From: an uncultured Anaerolineales bacterium
GTDB lineage: Bacteria; Chloroflexota; Anaerolineae; Anaerolineales; UBA11858
Length of the DNA: 64,000 nucleotides
Reading direction: 5' to 3'
NCBI GenBank assembly: GCA_964613985.1
Contig: CAZTJD010000004.1
Coordinates: 16,666-80,665 of the forward strand
In this document: piece by piece, positions 37,805 through 47,244 of the stretch
Position numbering within the stretch: position 1 is the first letter of the stretch
Layout: every line of letters begins with the position of its first letter
Notes under the pieces: generated by a model
Told to the model about the DNA's origin: nothing
Database searches by the model: none
What the model saw: the letters and a program-made list of their open reading frames with translations, nothing else
Translations under genes and position numbers: made by a program

Positions 37805-39259
37805 CTATTCTCCTATCCTGACATTGTCAAAGCGGCAAACCGGAACGCCATGTCCCAACTGCATAACTTGGTTTGGCTGTCCTTTACCACAATTTTCAAC
37901 AAATCTCACTTCCCATGTCGACCGATCGCCGACTGCGGAAAGCGAGTTCCAGAACTTTACTGTATCGTCTTTATAAGTGGGATTCTTCACTACCTTGATG
38001 ATCTGTCCATCTTCTACAAGCCATCCGATTTCAGTGCCAAAGTGGAACTGCTCGCGGTTTGAGCCGATCGACCAGCTTCGCTCATTGTCCAGGACAATCC
38101 CCTTCTCAGTATTGGCAATCATATCATCCAATGTGCCATCTTCTCCAGGATCGATGTTGATGTTTGTCATACGCTCGATAGGTACCCGGTAGAAAGATGT
38201 AGCCCGGTTAGCACCACTACTCCCGGTAAAGATTTGTCTCTTTGCCCTGGCATTGGCCTCTTCCACCATCTGTCTTCCTGTGATTGCCCCTACCAGGATC
38301 CCTTTATCGATTAATAGGTTATTCTGGGCAGGGATGCCGTCATCATCATAACCAAAACTACCTGGGCTATTCGAAAGTGTAGCATCTGCCCGAGCAGTTA
38401 GTTTTTCCGAACCATAACGTAAAACCCCAAAATCATCCAGGGTTACAAACGAACCCCCGGCATAAGATAATTCATATCCGAGAATGCGATCAAGCTCTAA
38501 GGCATGCCCAATCGTCTCATGTGTCTGCAGATACATAATCCCGGGGAGAAGAATGACCGAGCGGTCGTCTTTGGGGCATTCATCAGCGATTAGTAACTGG
38601 TTCAACTCTTTCACGATCCTTTCGGCATTCTCAACGAAGAGGTTTCGATCGATGGATTCCCAACCACGAGTATCGCCCTGTCTGCCGAGGGTAAAACTTC
38701 GTTCATGAGTCTCACCCTGATCATCCAAGCCTGTGATTCCAAGGCTAGCAAAGACCTCAACGATATTCTTTTCGATCTCACTTCCTTCCGAATCCAGGAA
38801 TACAAGCTGTTTCCTGATGAACTCCAAGCTGCTCACTCGCTGAAACACCCCTTCCTGATTGAGCTTTTCATCCATTTCTTGCAAAAAGGAAACCTTATCG
38901 CTCAACGGTACTGTGAAAGGGTTAACCAGGTTGGGGCTTGAAAACTCAGCCTTGATGGAGTCTTTCTCCGCCAGCCTGACCGGGAGAGTCACTCGTTGGG
39001 CAGCAATTCGTGCGTTATCGAAAGCTTTATCAAACAAGGCGCTTATATTGCTGAGGTCAGAAGCTGCAGAAAAACCCCAGGCACCCTTATACAGCACTCT
39101 GATACCAATTCCGCTTTCACGATGAAATGAGGCTGTTTTTAAGTTCCCATTCCACATTACCATCGTATTGGATTCCTCAAAAGGATACCAACGGGCATCT
39201 ACATAAACTGCCCCCAGACCATTAATGCGTTCAATCTGTGATTGAAGTTGTTTTAGCAT
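37805..39259 (-). CDS. tldD: TldD-family metalloprotease
   Basis: THETIGHALELD is the HExxxH-type motif. ATG 39259 is preceded by GGAG with a 7-nt spacing. Confidence 0.9.
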   Translation of the reverse strand: MLKQLQSQIERINGLGAVYVDARWYPFEESNTMVMWNGNLKTASFHRESGIGIRVLYKGAWGFSAASDLSNISALFDKAFDNARIAAQRVTLPVRLAEKDSIKAEFSSPNLVNPFTVPLSDKVSFLQEMDEKLNQEGVFQRVSSLEFIRKQLVFLDSEGSEIEKNIVEVFASLGITGLDDQGETHERSFTLGRQGDTRGWESIDRNLFVENAERIVKELNQLLIADECPKDDRSVILLPGIMYLQTHETIGHALELDRILGYELSYAGGSFVTLDDFGVLRYGSEKLTARADATLSNSPGSFGYDDDGIPAQNNLLIDKGILVGAITGRQMVEEANARAKRQIFTGSSGANRATSFYRVPIERMTNINIDPGEDGTLDDMIANTEKGIVLDNERSWSIGSNREQFHFGTEIGWLVEDGQIIKVVKNPTYKDDTVKFWNSLSAVGDRSTWEVRFVENCGKGQPNQVMQLGHGVPVCRFDNVRIGE

Positions 39260-39579
39260 ATTTTTTCTCCTTGTGGATTGCAAAACCAATCCAAGTGCGG
39301 ATCATTGAACAAACCACGCTCACCATTGTTGATCCCCTTATCCAGTGAGGATTATAATGCCGATACCTACAATTGAACCTGGATAGATGTAATCCCTTCC
39401 TGGGTGAGTTTAATCCCTGTAACAGGTCTCTTTCTATGGTGTAGGACAAATAAATGTGTGACTTTCATGATTTCAAAAACCATGTTGGTGTAGGTTCGAT
39501 TTCTTGATTTGAGAAAAATCATCCACAAATCATACTGGGTATGTTGTCATCTTAAACAACAGATTGACAAAGAAAATAA

Positions 39580-40785
39580 TCAAAGTTGTCCTAAGTTTAA
39601 ACTCGAAAGTTCATTCCACCAATAAGATAAAAGCGTCCAAGGTTGGTCACGTCCAATACAGCGAAAATAGGGGGGTTGAAAAGCCAGGATGAAATCACCA
39701 ATTTTATACCTTGGAAGGATAGGAGTGGAGACAACCAGGCTTCCCATTTCTCCAGATCGCATTTCGTGGAGCATTTTCATTCCCCGGCGCGTCTCAACTT
39801 CAAAGAAGAACAAATCATAATTCGGCACCCAAGCCCGTTTTTCATCTTGTTGCTGACCGAACATACCCTCGGTCGCTCCATAGATCTCTCGCACAACTAC
39901 CGCTCGCCCATACATCGCGATCAGACCCGGTTGATGCTTGGTATTGATCCCCGGAGTGCTACCCAAAGTCATCAACTTACTTTTCCACAGGTCTTTGGGG
40001 TAAACTTTGTGGTGTTTTTTTAGATAGGCTCCAAATTTCAGTGCAGTTGGGGCTACACCGCCTACCAAAGTTACTTTTTGATCTTTACACTTTTGGTAAG
40101 CCAACTCAAACCTGGCATTCCAGTCCCGCATAGATTTTCCACCGCCCAAGGCATCAATCTCTTCCTGGGTTGGTACCGAAGTTACAGGGGTGGATTTTGA
40201 GACATGTTTCGTATAAATGCCTGAACTATAGCCGTACTCAACCTCACGACCATTGACCTTCACCATCCCAACAACTGATGGGAAATTCAGGTTTAGGTTT
40301 ACACCGGAAAAGATTTCAAATTGATTACTGGTCGCAACATAATTCATCACAGCCCTTCCGGCACTGACTCGTAAATTTAGATCAGTAGGGGTCATAGGTA
40401 TAAATTTAGATTCTCCCTTTGTTGTGCCTCGCGTGATTGCCCAGCCAATAGGTTCTTCCCAAAGCAGTTGTCCTATGTCGCCTCCCATCACCTGTTCAAT
40501 AATAGGTTTAAAACCATTCTCATATGACCTTACAGGAAATGACCGACGGTAATCATCCAGTGAATCAATCTGTTCTGCTCCATGCTCTTTACCATATTTT
40601 GTCTTGGCATAATCATTTAAAAGGGAGTTCATGACAGTTTCCTGCGCTTTAGCCGGATTTGCAATAGCCTCCTTCCAAGGTCTCAGCATATGCTCCAGTA
40701 TCATTGCTGTAGACTGATGATCAATGGTCATCATACCTCCATATCTTGAGAAAGTTTTAATATTGCCAGTAAGGTTTTTTACCAC
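39580..40785 (-). CDS. GH3-family (acyl-adenylate-forming, auxin-responsive GH3-like) protein, apparently short at the C-terminus
   Basis: TRGTTKGESKFIPMT, YGATEG and YKIGD match GH3 motifs. Length is 401 aa, and the protein ends soon after the FRCIGRDQ motif. Alternative ATG starts lie at 40734 and 40731. Confidence 0.7.
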   Translation of the reverse strand: MVKNLTGNIKTFSRYGGMMTIDHQSTAMILEHMLRPWKEAIANPAKAQETVMNSLLNDYAKTKYGKEHGAEQIDSLDDYRRSFPVRSYENGFKPIIEQVMGGDIGQLLWEEPIGWAITRGTTKGESKFIPMTPTDLNLRVSAGRAVMNYVATSNQFEIFSGVNLNLNFPSVVGMVKVNGREVEYGYSSGIYTKHVSKSTPVTSVPTQEEIDALGGGKSMRDWNARFELAYQKCKDQKVTLVGGVAPTALKFGAYLKKHHKVYPKDLWKSKLMTLGSTPGINTKHQPGLIAMYGRAVVVREIYGATEGMFGQQQDEKRAWVPNYDLFFFEVETRRGMKMLHEMRSGEMGSLVVSTPILPRYKIGDFILAFQPPYFRCIGRDQPWTLLSYWWNELSSLNLGQL

Positions 40786-41116
40786 ATCCCTTAAGAGATA
40801 ACAAGTTGGGATTTTGTTAAGCTGAGATTATATTTGGTTACCCGATATTTTTAGATAAAACGTGGATAGACACAGAAAACATAGCTGATTTTTGCTTTAT
40901 TTATTGCCAGATTGACAATATAAATCACATTTCAAACATCTCCTTATTAATCAGCACTCGTCCACGTCCTATTCAATGAAATTATCAAGTAGCTCGGATT
41001 TTATCAGGTCATGTAATATTTGGATTGATCCTGTATGGAACAAACAACAGATGACAACGATTTTAGATTTTATTCCTATTTCAATATATCCTAACCCCTC
41101 TACTTGATACTCAGAA

Positions 41117-42223
41117 TTATTGTGCAGAGGGAAGGTAAATGGAAAAAGTACTTCCTTTGCCATTCCCATCACTCTGCGCCCGAATATTTCCACCATGTGC
41201 GTCAATGATGGCTCTTGTTATCGCCAGCCCAAGACCGGTTCCTCCCTTCTCTCGAGTTCGGGCCGGATCTATTCGATAAAAACGATCAAAGATATGGGGG
41301 AGGTGATCAGGATGTATGCCAATGCCTGTATCAATAATACTAAAAGTCAATCCTTGCCGATTCCCGGTAAGCGCCAGAGTAATATTGCCGCCCGGTGGTG
41401 TAAAGCGAATGGCATTATTTAACAAATTCTGCAAGCACTGAGCCAAGCGATCGCGATCACCACGGATTAAAGGAATGCCATTTGTCGAGAATTGGGTTTG
41501 GAACTCGATATCTGCGGACTCCACGATCGGTTTATAGATATTCGTCAAATCGCCCAATAAAGTTTTGAAATCCAAAACTTCAATTTCTAAGGGCAACTGC
41601 CTTGCTTCAGCCTGTGCAAGTTCGCGTAGATCATCAACCAATCTGGAAAGCTGGCGAGTTTGGTCGTAAAGCTGAGCAATTTCGGATTTATCAAGTTTAT
41701 AGACATCATCCAGAATCGCCTGGAGATTTCCCTGGATTACACTGAGTGGTGTGCGCAATTCATGAGCGATGTCTGCCAGCAGGTTTTGGCGAAGCTTTTC
41801 TGCCTCTTCAAGCTGCACTGCCATCTCATTAAATGCTCTGGCGACATCTTTGATTTCCTGGCTACCCCGCACCTCCACTCTTTGGCTTAGGTCCCGTTCA
41901 CCGATAGCTCGCGCTGCTTCAGCTAATTTAGATAGAGGTGCGGTTAAGCCGCGGCTGCTTATCACCCCTGCGATTATCCCCAGCACAGTAAATGTAATAA
42001 TGGTTTGGGTCATGCTCCGCAGAATAATTGTTCCGGGGGCATCCGTGTCGCTGTAGGGATAACTCTGCTGCAATTCCTCGATTTGTTCCCTGGTGAACAC
42101 AGTTTCCTCCAAATTAAATTGGATGATAATGCCCACAGCGATTGGTAATACGATAGTAAAGATCACTACGATCATAAATGATAAACTAATTCTAATCCAT
42201 AGGCGATTCATAACTGTATCCAT
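41117..42223 (-). CDS. Sensor histidine kinase (TM-HAMP-HisKA-HATPase_c)
   Basis: H-box ADIAHELRTPLS and N/G boxes (LLNNAIRFTP, DTGIGI, GTGLGLAI). Confidence 0.9.
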   Translation of the reverse strand: MDTVMNRLWIRISLSFMIVVIFTIVLPIAVGIIIQFNLEETVFTREQIEELQQSYPYSDTDAPGTIILRSMTQTIITFTVLGIIAGVISSRGLTAPLSKLAEAARAIGERDLSQRVEVRGSQEIKDVARAFNEMAVQLEEAEKLRQNLLADIAHELRTPLSVIQGNLQAILDDVYKLDKSEIAQLYDQTRQLSRLVDDLRELAQAEARQLPLEIEVLDFKTLLGDLTNIYKPIVESADIEFQTQFSTNGIPLIRGDRDRLAQCLQNLLNNAIRFTPPGGNITLALTGNRQGLTFSIIDTGIGIHPDHLPHIFDRFYRIDPARTREKGGTGLGLAITRAIIDAHGGNIRAQSDGNGKGSTFSIYLPSAQ

Positions 42224-42320
42224 TCCTTACCTTCCCCAAGGAACCTGGTAAGTGTTAGTAACAACGGCTGTCGTTGGATCCGAAGGCCTTATTTCTACCC
42301 ATAAATAACTCGATTTATCA

Positions 42321-43025
42321 TCATTCTTCGACATTTTCGACCAGCTTATACCCTACACCGTATATCGTTTGAATATAAACTGGAGACTTTGGATGGGGTT
42401 CAATCTTCCTGCGAAGGTTTTTGATATGGCTATCCAGTGTTCGTCCCAACCCCTCATAAGAATATCCAAGAGATTTTTCTAATAATTCATCTCTTGTAAA
42501 GGCGTACCCAGGACTCTCCATCAAAACCCTTATTAGCTCATATTCTGAGGGGGTTAATTCAACTGGCGAACCATTCACCATCAATTCTCGTCGTCCCAGG
42601 TCCAGGGTTAGCCAGCCAACCTGAAGTGTTTGTTGGACCGGCACACCGCTTCCACGCTGGCTACGGCGTAATAAAGCCCGTACTCGGGCGACGACCTCTC
42701 TCGGGTTGAAGGGTTTGGTGATATAGTCATCTGCACCAATTTCCAATCCCACGATTTTATCACTATCATCCACTCGCGCTGTCAGCATGATTATTGGAAT
42801 ATCCGCAAGGGACCTATCTGACCGGATCAAGCGGGTTAGATCCCATCCATCGCGATCGGGAAGCATCAGATCAAGTACCATTAAATCCGGTCTTTCTCGA
42901 CGCAAGATGTGCAGAGCCCCCTCTCCGTTATAGGCGCTTAGGACATTGTATCCTGCTCTTTCTAAGTATGATGTAACTAAGCGAACAATTTCTCTATCAT
43001 CATCTACAACAAGAATACGGGACAT
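42321..43025 (-). CDS. OmpR-family response regulator
   Basis: The receiver domain (ILVVDDD...DLMLPD) is joined to a winged-helix output domain (TIYGVGYKL). Confidence 0.95.
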   Translation of the reverse strand: MSRILVVDDDREIVRLVTSYLERAGYNVLSAYNGEGALHILRRERPDLMVLDLMLPDRDGWDLTRLIRSDRSLADIPIIMLTARVDDSDKIVGLEIGADDYITKPFNPREVVARVRALLRRSQRGSGVPVQQTLQVGWLTLDLGRRELMVNGSPVELTPSEYELIRVLMESPGYAFTRDELLEKSLGYSYEGLGRTLDSHIKNLRRKIEPHPKSPVYIQTIYGVGYKLVENVEE

Positions 43026-43075
43026 GATAACCTTTCTGCCTCATTTTCCCGGAACTGTGAAAAAGTGTCAAGGAT

Positions 43076-44296
43076 TTATTCGGATCGGAGCGCCTCGACT
43101 GGTTCTAGGCTAGAAGCCCGATTTGCTGGATATAAGCCAAAAAAGATTCCTACCGCGGCCGAGAATAAAGTCGCCATCAAGACTGAGTTAATATCAATGA
43201 TCGGGTTAAGCAAGATATTACTACTAGCAGCTAATACTCCAACCAGAGCTGAGATTCCCCAACCCCCAAGGATTCCCAATACCCCTCCTAACAAGCTGAT
43301 TAGCAAGGATTCCATAAGGAATTGGGACAGAATTGTCGTTTTACTGGCTCCCAAAGCTTTACGTAAACCAATCTCCTTGGTTCGCTCAATTACCGATACG
43401 AGCATAATATTCATGATCCCGATACCACCTACTAATAACGATATCCCAGCAATTCCACCCAGAAAAATCGTCAATATTCCCGTGATGGAGGAGGCGGTTT
43501 CAATAAAAGACTGTTGGGTAATAATATTGAAATCATCCTCACCGATTGCAGTATGATGCCGCTCGCGAAGAATTTCTCTAATCTCTTCCTCTGCCGTGCT
43601 GACTACATCTGAACTCGATGCAGAAGCATATATCATATCCACTTGTTCGCGGTTTGCTCTTGATTGAATACGCACCAGGGAGGTGGTAATTGGGATGAGT
43701 ACTTGGTCGTCGGCGCTTCCGAATGCAGAACCTCCTTCTTCTTGTAGTACTCCGATCACCTTAAAAGGTTGCCCCTTAATCCTAACAACTTCATCTGCTA
43801 GACGTTCTGTCCTGTCAAAAAGTTTTTCTGCTACATCCACCCCCAAGATCACAACGGAAGAAAGCCCATTGAGATGTTGTTCTGTGATTGATACGCCTTC
43901 TGATAGGGTTAGATTCTGTACTGAAAGATAATCCGGCGTTACACCAACAACGCTTGTTTTAGTACTTTCGGCAGCAAATGTTATTTCTTCAGACGATGAT
44001 ACGGAGGCTGCAACCAGAGCAATTGAGGGTGCTTGCATCCGGTTACTAAGTGCCTCCATATCTTCAAGTGTTAAAGGTTCTTTTATTTGGGCATCACCAC
44101 CAGAGCGGATGAACAGTAAGTTCGTCCCTATCCCCTCAATCTCTCCAATAATGGATTGTTCAGCGCCATTTCCAATTGCCAACATAGCAATCACTGCCGC
44201 CACGCCAATAATTACCCCTAACATGGTCAATCCAGATCGAAGCTTGTTCGCCGTAATGCTTTCAACTGCTTCTCGAAAAGTTTGTAAGATTTGCAT
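43076..44296 (-). CDS. ABC transporter permease, FtsX/MacB-type
   Basis: MacB_PCD-like periplasmic domain and a C-terminal FtsX 4-TM module (EIGLRKALGA). Confidence 0.9.
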   Translation of the reverse strand: MQILQTFREAVESITANKLRSGLTMLGVIIGVAAVIAMLAIGNGAEQSIIGEIEGIGTNLLFIRSGGDAQIKEPLTLEDMEALSNRMQAPSIALVAASVSSSEEITFAAESTKTSVVGVTPDYLSVQNLTLSEGVSITEQHLNGLSSVVILGVDVAEKLFDRTERLADEVVRIKGQPFKVIGVLQEEGGSAFGSADDQVLIPITTSLVRIQSRANREQVDMIYASASSSDVVSTAEEEIREILRERHHTAIGEDDFNIITQQSFIETASSITGILTIFLGGIAGISLLVGGIGIMNIMLVSVIERTKEIGLRKALGASKTTILSQFLMESLLISLLGGVLGILGGWGISALVGVLAASSNILLNPIIDINSVLMATLFSAAVGIFFGLYPANRASSLEPVEALRSE

Positions 44297-44359
44297 GTTA
44301 ATTTATTGTTCCAAGTAAATAGGTTCGTAAAATAATACCTCGGATACTTGAAAGTCATC

Positions 44360-45077
44360 TCAATCCACAACCACCCCATCTCTTATCACGACAGTACGTT
44401 CTGCTTTCTCAGCAATTTCTGGATCATGGGTGACAATGATCAATGTCGTATTCCCTTCTTTATTCAAGTTGAGAAGTAGATCCATCACTTCTTCCCCAGA
44501 CTTGGTATCCAGGTTTCCGGTAGGTTCATCCGCCATTAAAATAGCAGGATCGTTCACAATAGCCCGTGCAATAGCCACACGTTGCTGCTGACCGCCAGAA
44601 AGTTCACTTGGACGGTTGAGATATACGATCACCTAATCCGACCGCTCTAAGGGCTTCCTGAGCCTTCTGACGACGGTTATGCCCGCTCTCGGAATAACGC
44701 ATGGGTAATTCAACATTCGCCAAAGCTGTAACACGAGAAAGCAGGTTAAATTGTTGAAAGACAAACCCAACTTTTCGGTTTCGAATGCCTGCTAGCTGGT
44801 CATCATTCATGCAGTCAACGGCTTCACCATCAAGATAGTATTCACCACTCGTAGGCCGGTCGAGACAACCAATCATGTTCATCAAGGTCGACTTGCCGGA
44901 ACCGGAAGGGCCCATAATTGCCACCACTTCGCCGGGTTTTATCTTGATTGAAAGACCTCGCAGGGCATGAACCTTTACATCGCCCATCGTATATACCTTG
45001 GTCAAATTCTGTGCATCGACAACATATATAGCGGAATCGACGACCATTTCTGTCATACCAATACTGTATTCTGTCAT
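44360..45077 (-). pseudogene. ABC transporter ATP-binding protein (MacB/LolD-type) with a broken reading frame
   Basis: Walker A GPSGSGKST is in the ORF 44604-45077. The signature and Walker B motifs ([26 protein letters not shown]) are in the ORF 44360-44632 in another frame. The junction lies at the atatacg run, 44621-44627. Confidence 0.75.
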
Positions 45078-45079
45078 AT

Positions 45080-46678
45080 CTACTCCCCTCCAAAGAAACC
45101 ACCACCGTGGTTTTCGTCAACCGATAAAATTCCTCTGCCAATAGAGAGAATATCGCTAGAGGGGTTATAAAGGATTAAATCTCCAGCTTGTAAATCCCCA
45201 GCTATCACCTGGCTGTATGTATCTGAGGATGCGCCAAGGGTAACTGGAACCGGAATAAAATCAGTTGGTGAACCCTCGACCACCATGTAAACAACTTTTT
45301 CACCATCTTCCACTCGAACAGATTTGTTTGGTACTAACATTACATCCGTTAATTCTGTGGTCACAATATCCACTGCCGCGGTCATACCAGGTTTCACTGC
45401 ATCATCTGCATCAATGAGTTCAATAGTTACCTCGTAGTTGACAATCCCACTTGTTTCGTTACCTACCATGGCAACTTCCAAGACATCACCGTTATATACC
45501 TGAGAGAAAATTGCATCAAAAGTCATTTCCACTGACTGGCCTTCATGGATCTGGTTTATATCTATTTCCGATACCTCCAAATCGACCAGTAAACGGGAAA
45601 GATCATCAACACGCAGCGCGATGACTCCTGCGTCGACCTGGTCACCAGGCTTACTCTCGATCATCGTAACCACTCCATCAAAGGGTGCAGTAATAACGGT
45701 CTGAGCAAGGATGGCTTCAGCTGCTGCAACACGTGCATTGGCAGCTAAAATATCATCCGGGTCGGGGCCATCTTTTAAACGCTCCCTCTCTCTTTCTGCA
45801 TCTTCCAAGTCAGATTCGAGTAAAGCAATTTCTCCCTTACTTGGGCCATTAATCAACCGGTCATATTCTTCCTGAGCTTCTTGATACTCAGCTTGAGCAG
45901 TGGCTAAGTTCGCTTCAGCAACAGCAATATCTAACTCACTTCCAGTACTTAATAAAGCATTCAGCTCGCGGACTTTAGCATCATAGTTTTGCTGGGCAGC
46001 AGCCAACTGACTCTGCAGGTTTGCCCTGACCAGGTTATCTTCAGGTTTATTGGCATAAGGCTCAAACTTATCTTTAGCCTTTTGGAGTGCATCTCTAGCC
46101 AAGACAACTTCAGCCTTTGCTGCATCGACCGATGCCTGACTAGCTTTAGAGGAAAGGTAAGTAAGATCACGCTGTGCATCATCAACGGCTTTCTCCGCAT
46201 CGACAATGGCTTGCTCTGCCAGGACGATATCGAGCGGATCAGGGTTAAGGGCTTCCTCAAGTGCATCCTGTGCATCTTCAAGGGTTAATAACGCCCGAGC
46301 TTGCTGGTTCTTTGAATTGATTAGATCGTTAAGTGCCTGTTGGGCATCCACCAAATCAGCCTGAGCTAGTATCACGTTCTGGCTCAGAGATGTCTGTTCC
46401 AAGGATGCTAATATTTGCCCATCGGAAACTACATCACCTGCCTGGACCCTAACATCCTCAACTTCTCCAGAGATATCCCAGGTCAGAATCGCACTCTGGT
46501 TTGCTCGGACCCTGCCCGTCGCGCCGACTGAGGCAGTCAAAGTATCTACCGTCACCTCAACAGTTTCTACATCTTCCAATCCTGCTTTGGCGCCTTTTAC
46601 AATACCAAGGTCATTAAATACGCCAAACGCAATTACACCGACGAGGATTAAACCAATAATCCAAATCCATTTCTTCAT
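45080..46678 (-). CDS. HlyD/MacA-type periplasmic adaptor with an extended coiled coil
   Basis: N-terminal anchor, lipoyl/beta-barrel motifs and a very long Ala/Glu/Gln/Leu-rich hairpin region. The stop abuts the ATPase start. Confidence 0.85.
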   Translation of the reverse strand: MKKWIWIIGLILVGVIAFGVFNDLGIVKGAKAGLEDVETVEVTVDTLTASVGATGRVRANQSAILTWDISGEVEDVRVQAGDVVSDGQILASLEQTSLSQNVILAQADLVDAQQALNDLINSKNQQARALLTLEDAQDALEEALNPDPLDIVLAEQAIVDAEKAVDDAQRDLTYLSSKASQASVDAAKAEVVLARDALQKAKDKFEPYANKPEDNLVRANLQSQLAAAQQNYDAKVRELNALLSTGSELDIAVAEANLATAQAEYQEAQEEYDRLINGPSKGEIALLESDLEDAERERERLKDGPDPDDILAANARVAAAEAILAQTVITAPFDGVVTMIESKPGDQVDAGVIALRVDDLSRLLVDLEVSEIDINQIHEGQSVEMTFDAIFSQVYNGDVLEVAMVGNETSGIVNYEVTIELIDADDAVKPGMTAAVDIVTTELTDVMLVPNKSVRVEDGEKVVYMVVEGSPTDFIPVPVTLGASSDTYSQVIAGDLQAGDLILYNPSSDILSIGRGILSVDENHGGGFFGGE

Positions 46679-46862
46679 TACATATACTCCTGTAATTTAG
46701 TTGCTATCAAGTTGTTTTCAATTACATGAATATTTTAGGGAAAAAATCTGGATATATTCTGGAGGAACTGTGCAGAGTTTGTGAAAGAAATCAGAAATAT
46801 TTCACCCCTATTTTCAAGGCGTGGACGTAAATCGCGGAACAAATCGTTTTGAAGGATTGAAA

Positions 46863-47155
46863 TGGCTGAAATTATTGAAAAACTCAAGGGTGGTGACTGT
46901 CGTTCTATAAGTCGCTCCGCTGAGGTTGTCTAGGATGTATTAAATGATCCATGCCTATTTGATGAGCTATTGCAGGGAATATTGCATGAAGACCTGCTAG
47001 TGAGAATGAGGATTACGGAAGGCGATCCTATATTGGAATCTTGGGTTATCACCCTGATCGAGAAAATGGTGGAAAATGGGACCCCGGCACTGAATTCACG
47101 TGGCAGGAAGTTGCTGGCAAGTTTGAAAAGCTTAGAAAGGAAGATCAGTGGATAA
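46863..47155 (+). pseudogene. HEAT-repeat protein remnant (in-frame TAG and apparent internal deletion)
   Basis: MAEIIEKLKGGDCRSISRSAEVV-TAG-DVLNDPCLFDELLQGILHEDLLVRMR joins directly to a C-terminal-like ...LIEKMVENGTPALNSRGRKLL. I assigned the family from memory. Confidence 0.4.
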
Positions 47156-47244
47156 GGGTGGATAATCCTAGTTGAATTCCCTAATCGCGGTAAAATTGCC
47201 CCTCATATGACTCTTATTTCTCTTTGTTGAGTTTGGATTTTTCT

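Noticed and set aside
39485-39505. GGTTCGATT, a T-loop-like sequence suggesting a tRNA
   Set aside because: Flanking bases cannot form T-arm, acceptor or anticodon stems. I found no tRNA anywhere in the window.
39290-39579. Possible RiPP-type precursor peptide between the GH3-like gene and tldD
   Set aside because: All three minus-strand frames are broken by stops within about 40 codons. None has an SD plus start codon with a leader/core-like sequence.
40969-41205. 78-aa ORF overlapping the 3' end of the histidine kinase gene, with a vaguely RelE/ParE-like ...VVICCLFHTGS... segment
   Set aside because: All possible start codons lie inside the kinase gene. There is no SD and no partner antitoxin ORF, and the similarity is too weak to support a call.
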